Source: Candidatus Latescibacterota bacterium (GTDB lineage Bacteria > Latescibacterota > UBA2968 > UBA8231). From it: DNA of 64,000 bases. This document shows positions 58,985 through 64,000 of the stretch, one piece after another. The notes beneath the pieces were generated by a model. It was given only the letters and a program-made list of their open reading frames with translations. It was not told the DNA's origin and did not search any database. The position numbers and the translations under genes were made by a program. The stretch covers positions 2,208,001 to 2,272,000 of the forward strand of contig CBDFJF010000001.1 of the NCBI GenBank assembly GCA_965248265.1, given 5' to 3'. Every line of letters starts with the position of its first letter. Within the stretch, counting starts at the first letter, position 1.

Positions 58985-59818
58985 ATGAGCCAGACGACCT
59001 TCCGTCAGAAGTTGGCAGCGGCCTCTGTCCAAAATGAATCCCTGCTCTGTGTCGGGCTGGACCCGGTGGTCGAGAGGCTGCCGTCCGCCATGCTCACTGA
59101 AGCCGATCCTGTATTGCGTTTCTGCGGCGAGATCATTGAGGCGACGTCGGATCTGGTTTGTGCCTACAAGCCGAACTTTGCCTTCTTCGGTGCCCTGGGA
59201 GAAGGCGGCTGGCGCACCCTGGAATCCACCCTGGAGCGAATTCCCCCGCATATTCCCGTGATCCTGGACGCCAAGGTCGGCGACATCGGCAACACTGCCC
59301 GGCAGTACGCCCGCATGTTCTTCGAGCGTCTCGGTGCCGATGCCCTGACCGTTAACCCCTACATGGGGCACGACGCCGTGGAGCCATTCCTCGCCTATGG
59401 CGACCGCGGGGTCTTCCTGGTGTGCTTGACTTCGAACCCGGGGTCGGCCGATTTCCAGACGCTTCGAGTCGACGACGAAATGCTCTATCACTCCGTGGCG
59501 CGACGGGCAGCGGCTTGGGACCAGGATGCCGGAAACTGCGGACTGGTCGTCGGCGCCACGAAAGCAGAAACCCTCATCGAAGTGCGTCAACTGGCCCCGG
59601 AGCTTCCACTGCTGGTCCCCGGAATCGGCACCCAGGGCGGCGATCTCGAAGCCGTCGTCAACAACGGCCAGGATGCGGCCGGAGGCGGCCTTGTCATCAA
59701 CGCCTCCCGGAGCATCATGTACGCCTCCTCCGAGGCCGATTTCGGCACTGCCGCCCGCTCGGCAGCAACCACCATGCGGGCCGACATCAATAGTCTGCGG
59801 CAGCCTGCCACCGCCTAG
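58985..59818 (+). CDS. pyrF: Orotidine-5'-phosphate decarboxylase
   Basis: LCVGLDP, KPN.AFF, D.K.GDIGNT, TSNPGS, PGIG.QGG, NASRSI. Confidence 0.95.
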   Translation: MSQTTFRQKLAAASVQNESLLCVGLDPVVERLPSAMLTEADPVLRFCGEIIEATSDLVCAYKPNFAFFGALGEGGWRTLESTLERIPPHIPVILDAKVGDIGNTARQYARMFFERLGADALTVNPYMGHDAVEPFLAYGDRGVFLVCLTSNPGSADFQTLRVDDEMLYHSVARRAAAWDQDAGNCGLVVGATKAETLIEVRQLAPELPLLVPGIGTQGGDLEAVVNNGQDAAGGGLVINASRSIMYASSEADFGTAARSAATTMRADINSLRQPATA

Positions 59819-59912
59819 CACAGCGGCCACTGCTTCGTTGCCAGCGCTCTGTATGAGGGCTATTTTCATGGGTCCTGCTTGGAGCGCCGGTCAACTCCAT
59901 CAAGGACGAATT

Positions 59913-59990
59913 CGGGGTGTAGCGCAGTCCGGTTAGCGCGCCTGCTTTGGGAGCAGGGGGTCGCCGGTTCGAATCCGGCCACCCCGACCA
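59913..59990 (+). tRNA. tRNA-Pro(TGG)
   Basis: CGGGGTG/CACCCCG, CCTGC-TTTGGGA-GCAGG, CCA. Confidence 0.97.
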
Positions 59991-60059
59991 TCTTGCCATC
60001 GTTTCAAACGAGTAGTTGCTTGTCCTGGGTAGATCGACACGGCTGTGCCGACCGGTTAT

Positions 60060-60136
60060 GTGCCCATAGCTCAGGTGGATAGAGCATCTGCCTTCTAAGC
60101 AGAATGTCCCAGGTTCGAGTCCTGGTGGGCACGCCA
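60060..60136 (+). tRNA. tRNA-Arg(TCT)
   Basis: GTGCCCA/TGGGCAC, TCTGC-CTTCTAA-GCAGA, CCA. Confidence 0.96.
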
Positions 60137-60152
60137 CGCAAAACGATGTAGT

Positions 60153-60366
60153 GAAGCAACAATGATATGTTGGTTGTGCCGGAGGCACGGCTACAACCCC
60201 GACAGTGCTGCTTACCGTACGGAGGTATAGCTACAAGCGAAGCAACGATGTTACTGGTCGTGCCGGAGGCATGGCTAAATCGCAACGGCGCTGCTGGCTG
60301 TACGGAGGCATAGCTACAGGTGTTGCAAAAGCAACAATGTTACTGGTCGCGCCGGAGGCGTGACTA
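60153..60366 (+). repeat. Array of five degenerate ~40-50 nt hairpin units centred on CGGAGG
   Basis: CGGAGG at 60180, 60220, 60264, 60303 and 60353; alternating A/B/A/B/A unit types. Confidence 0.85.
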
Positions 60367-60370
60367 TAGT

Positions 60371-60448
60371 GGTGGGTGTAGCTCAGTTGGTTAGAGCGCC
60401 AGGTTGTGGCCCTGGAGGTCGCGGGTTCGACTCCCGTCACTCACCCCA
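60371..60448 (+). tRNA. tRNA-His(GTG)
   Basis: G-1, GTGGGTG/CACTCAC, CCAGG-TTGTGGC-CCTGG, C discriminator, CCA. Confidence 0.97.
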
Positions 60449-60548
60449 TCCCCATGCCGGCCTTCTGTGACCGACTCGCGAACTGAGTACTCGCGGGTAC
60501 GCGGAAGGCCGAGCTTGTTTTTGCGTCACCAGGGAGACGGAAACCGCA

Positions 60549-61136
60549 ATGAGTTCGGCCGAGTCGCTTGGCCCCGAATACGAACGTGTGGAAGCTGAAG
60601 CCGGTCGCCTTTTCGTGCCCGGTTCGGATGGTCGGGAGTGGTACCTGTTCCACAGCCGGCCCCGTTGCGAGAAGAAGGCCGCGGACGCCTGTCGTGATTT
60701 CTCGCTCAGCCACTACCTGCCCTTGCGGCAAAGCCCGGGGCGCAAGCGCAAGGGCCAGCGGCAATACAGCTTCGAAGTCCCCTTGTTTCCGGGTTATCTG
60801 TTCGGCTGTTGCAATCTGCAGGAACGCACCCAGTTGATGCGCCGAGGATTCTTCGTGCGCTGGATCGAGGTCGTCGACCAGGCCAGGTTGCTCGAGGAAC
60901 TCAAGAGCGTCTACCTGGCCAGCAACCAGGGTATCAGCCTGCTGCTCTATCCGATGTTGAAAAGAGGCCAGACCGTGCGGGTGGTGCGGGGACCATTGAC
61001 CGGTTTGTACGGCAAAGTATCCCGGCGCAAACGCAGCTTCCGACTCGTCCTCAATGTCGCCTGTCTGGACACGGCCGTGGCCTGTGAATTAGACATGGAT
61101 GACGTTGAAGTTGTGGATGCGCAAGCCCTGGAATAG
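60549..61136 (+). CDS. NusG paralogue (UpxY/RfaH/LoaP-type antiterminator)
   Basis: WY...RPR.EKK, YLPL, PLFPGYLF, KOW motif G..VRV..GPL.G..G. Confidence 0.88.
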   Translation: MSSAESLGPEYERVEAEAGRLFVPGSDGREWYLFHSRPRCEKKAADACRDFSLSHYLPLRQSPGRKRKGQRQYSFEVPLFPGYLFGCCNLQERTQLMRRGFFVRWIEVVDQARLLEELKSVYLASNQGISLLLYPMLKRGQTVRVVRGPLTGLYGKVSRRKRSFRLVLNVACLDTAVACELDMDDVEVVDAQALE

Positions 61137-61193
61137 ATGTTGGCTCCGAGGGACCTTTCGACTATCTTTGGCGGCGATTCGGTCGATCCATAC

Positions 61194-64000
61194 ATGACTC
61201 AATACCTCATCCAAAACCTCATTCATACTCGAGTGCTGCGCGGCACCGCGCGAAATCGTACTGCCCCCACGCAGGGGTACGGCGGCGTTCCGCTTTTCCG
61301 CTGGCTCTTTGTGGGTAGTCTATGCGTCGTTCTGTGCGCACCATTAACCGCATGGGCGCAGTCCCTGCAGGACTCCGGGCTGGAGCTGCCGGGGCTCTGG
61401 GCAGGAGAGGCTGCATGGGGTGACTACGACGATGACGGCGATGTCGACCTCGCGCTGATTGGCGAGATCCACCAAGACGGTATCTGCACTCGCATCGCCC
61501 AGATTTATCGAAATGACAGCGGCATTCTCGTAGAAGACGTCGCACAGACTCAACGCCTCTCCGGCGTCTACTTCGGGGACCTAGGCTGGGCGGACTATGA
61601 CAGTGACGGCGACTTGGATCTCGGCATAGTCGGGTGGGACGCCGAAGACATTGAAAGCATGTCGCTTTACCGTAGCGAACCCGGCGGCACACCCGGAGAG
61701 GTCTTGCTCACTTTTGACGTCGAGCAGACCGACGGCACCGAATCCGTGTTCAGCGGCGTGCGCTACGCAACCATGTCGTGGGTAGATTACGACAACGACG
61801 GCGACCTCGATCTGGTGGTCAGCGGTATGGCATCGAATGGCACATCTTTGACCCGCGCGTATAGAAACGAAGATGGACACTTCCAAGAAGATGAGCTTAA
61901 CAGTGAAGCGCTCATCAACGTGCACAACGGAGACCTCGCGTGGGCCGACTACGACAGTGACGGCGATCTCGATCTGGCTCTTTCAGGGGAGACGGTCTTC
62001 GCGGAAGGAGAGATCCCGCGGGTAACTGAATTCTACGCCAATGGCCCGGTCGGGATTTTGGATCTCGACGAAGATGTTCGAGTTGAGCCAGCAGTCAAGG
62101 GCGGATCGCTAGCCTGGGCTGACTACGACACTGATGGCAACCCCGACTTGGCTGTTTCTGGCCGCGACGCCCAGTGGATCTCCATCCTGCAACTTTATCA
62201 GAATCGTCCGGCCGGAGTCTTGAGTCTCGATGGTAGTTTCAACACCAACGTCTCCGCCCTTGACGGGGGACTAGACTGGATCGACTACGACAACGATGGT
62301 TTTCTCGAACTGGCAGTCTCGGGCCGCACGAGACAATCCAACCACGTAGCCTCCGTTTTCGGCAACAACGATGGCACCGTCACAAGTGCTTCGGTGGAGC
62401 AGAGCCTGGTAGGTCTGGCTGGCGGATCCACGGCGTGGGGTGACTATGATGGTGATGGGCGCGCTGACCTAGTGCTGAGCGGCGTTGACGAGTCTGGCGA
62501 ACGCCGCTCGATCCTTTACGGAAACTTGGGTACGCCAGAGGCTAACCAAGCTCCCGATTCGCCGGAAAGCCTGCAACCGGTCGAGGTCACTAGCTCTCGG
62601 GCGCGGTTCAGTTGGGCACCTGGTGAGGACGTCGAATCAAGCGCTTTGAGTTACGTCATTCGGGTAGGCACCGAGCCTGGCGCAGGTGACATTGTCAGCG
62701 CCGCCACACCGCTGGGTCCGGGTACCGCCGGATTCAAGACCTCCTATGTACTGCATCGATTCTTTCCGCCTGATACCTACTACTGGAGTGTCCGGTCCGT
62801 CGATGGCTCCCTGGCTACATCATCCTTTACACAGGAAGATCAGTTCATAGTCGGTCGTTTCGTTTCGTCAGACCAACTGGTCCGTAGCCTGGACGAGTCC
62901 GCCATGACCTGGGGTGATGTCGATAATGACGGGGACGACGATCTCGTCATCATGGGTAAGAACAGGAGCGGCGAGCCGCAGACGCTTGCATACATCAATC
63001 GTGACGGCGTCATGACGCAAGAACTGAACGTCGGACTCAAACCGCTCCAAAAGGGCGATCTGGCCTGGGGTGACTATGACAACGACGGTGACCTCGACCT
63101 GATGTCCACTGGCGAGGACCCTGCCGGCAATCGTGCCAACCACCTCTATCGCACCGACGTTGTCGGACCTGATGAGGTCGAATTCACCGAGGTGGACACC
63201 ATTCGATCGGGCCTGTCCAACAGCTCGGCCGATTGGGGTGACGTGGACAACGACGGTGATATTGACCTGCTACTCATGGGTCAGAGTGGCCAGGTCGAAG
63301 GCGGACTGCAGCGGTCCTTTACGCAACTTTGGACCAACGATGGGGCCGGTAGCTTTTCCGCGTCGTCTTCCGCCGACTTGGTTGGATTGAACAATGGCGA
63401 GGCCTTGTTCGGGGACGTCGACGGCGATGGTGACCTCGACGTTATGACGACCGGAGTCGATACAGATGGCGATCTCCAGGCAAAATTGTATGAAAACTTC
63501 CTCCCGGACCCATTGCGTGACATAGGATTGTCCGTTCCAGGAATGCAATCCTCCGACATCGCTCTTGGTGATTTCGATCGCGACGGCGATCTGGACTTGG
63601 CGGCCGGTGGATTAACGGCAACGGGGCTGTCCTCGTCGGTCTACACCAATGATGGAGTAGGTGGTTTTGAGCAACTCCTTGGTGTTGACCTACCGGGAAT
63701 CCAAGGAGGTGACTTGGCTTGGGCAGATTTCGACAACGACCAGGACCTCGACCTCGTCCTCGCCGGTAACACAGGTGGCCTCGACAAAGTGCTACAACTT
63801 TACGAGAACACCATTGGCCGCGTCGCACCGGATGCATCCTTCATTCTCTTGAATCTTCCTGTGTTGCAAGGCGTTGATTTCAGCTCGGTATCAATGGCCG
63901 ACATAGACAGCGACGGTGACCTCGATCTAGTCTCTTCCGGCAAGAATTCAGGAGCATCACAATCGACGTCCGTCAATGACAATCTAGCTGCTCAGCAATT
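61194..64000 (+). CDS. Large secreted FG-GAP/VCBS-repeat protein with an FN3-like linker; runs off the window
   Basis: Missing from the ORF track because it has no stop; the frame, spot-checked at both ends, encodes a signal peptide, many (A)WGDYDNDGDLDL repeats and a YYWSV FN3-like segment; start could be 61137, 61194 or later. Confidence 0.85.
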   Translation, partial: MTQYLIQNLIHTRVLRGTARNRTAPTQGYGGVPLFRWLFVGSLCVVLCAPLTAWAQSLQDSGLELPGLWAGEAAWGDYDDDGDVDLALIGEIHQDGICTRIAQIYRNDSGILVEDVAQTQRLSGVYFGDLGWADYDSDGDLDLGIVGWDAEDIESMSLYRSEPGGTPGEVLLTFDVEQTDGTESVFSGVRYATMSWVDYDNDGDLDLVVSGMASNGTSLTRAYRNEDGHFQEDELNSEALINVHNGDLAWADYDSDGDLDLALSGETVFAEGEIPRVTEFYANGPVGILDLDEDVRVEPAVKGGSLAWADYDTDGNPDLAVSGRDAQWISILQLYQNRPAGVLSLDGSFNTNVSALDGGLDWIDYDNDGFLELAVSGRTRQSNHVASVFGNNDGTVTSASVEQSLVGLAGGSTAWGDYDGDGRADLVLSGVDESGERRSILYGNLGTPEANQAPDSPESLQPVEVTSSRARFSWAPGEDVESSALSYVIRVGTEPGAGDIVSAATPLGPGTAGFKTSYVLHRFFPPDTYYWSVRSVDGSLATSSFTQEDQFIVGRFVSSDQLVRSLDESAMTWGDVDNDGDDDLVIMGKNRSGEPQTLAYINRDGVMTQELNVGLKPLQKGDLAWGDYDNDGDLDLMSTGEDPAGNRANHLYRTDVVGPDEVEFTEVDTIRSGLSNSSADWGDVDNDGDIDLLLMGQSGQVEGGLQRSFTQLWTNDGAGSFSASSSADLVGLNNGEALFGDVDGDGDLDVMTTGVDTDGDLQAKLYENFLPDPLRDIGLSVPGMQSSDIALGDFDRDGDLDLAAGGLTATGLSSSVYTNDGVGGFEQLLGVDLPGIQGGDLAWADFDNDQDLDLVLAGNTGGLDKVLQLYENTIGRVAPDASFILLNLPVLQGVDFSSVSMADIDSDGDLDLVSSGKNSGASQSTSVNDNLAAQQ

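Noticed and set aside
60153-60366. CRISPR array
   Set aside because: Repeats are degenerate, the linkers are themselves repeated in alternation rather than unique, and no cas genes are in the window.
60004-60440. Small ORFs over the tRNA spacer repeats
   Set aside because: They overlap tRNAs on the antisense strand, and frame is not preserved between repeat units.

Overview
GC-rich bacterial chromosome segment. Secreted proteins with 'DFxDFFxFADxFG' EF-hand/dockerin-like tails and FG-GAP/CRTAC1 proteins suggest a Latescibacterota-like lineage (inference). It holds core genes (dacA-like, rlmH, recA, prmC-prfA, rpmE2, rho, dnaG, recQ, pyrF, rnpB, six tRNAs). The main feature is a ~20 kb glycosylation block directly after tRNA-Val(GAC), closed by a 15-bp direct repeat of that tRNA's anticodon arm. 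The block encodes an archaeal AglB/STT3-type oligosaccharyltransferase with a variant AWDFG motif, a PglK-like ABC flippase, a WecA-type initiating transferase and an adjacent eukaryote-like ALG1 and ALG11-like pair. It also carries GT2/GT10 enzymes, a GDP-mannose epimerase-like enzyme and four methyltransferases. Together these form a candidate horizontally acquired, eukaryote/archaea-like protein N-glycosylation system. Other notable items: three tandem mosaic surface-protein paralogues with a mucin-type SEA-like (GSVVV) module, an array of five CGGAG-loop hairpins in a tRNA spacer, a GT::IS1595 zinc-ribbon fusion, sigma-54 promoters at a sigma-70 gene and hsp20, and several genes broken by 4-5 bp duplications/deletions or a nonsense codon. 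All calls rest on motif recognition by eye; no database searches were run.
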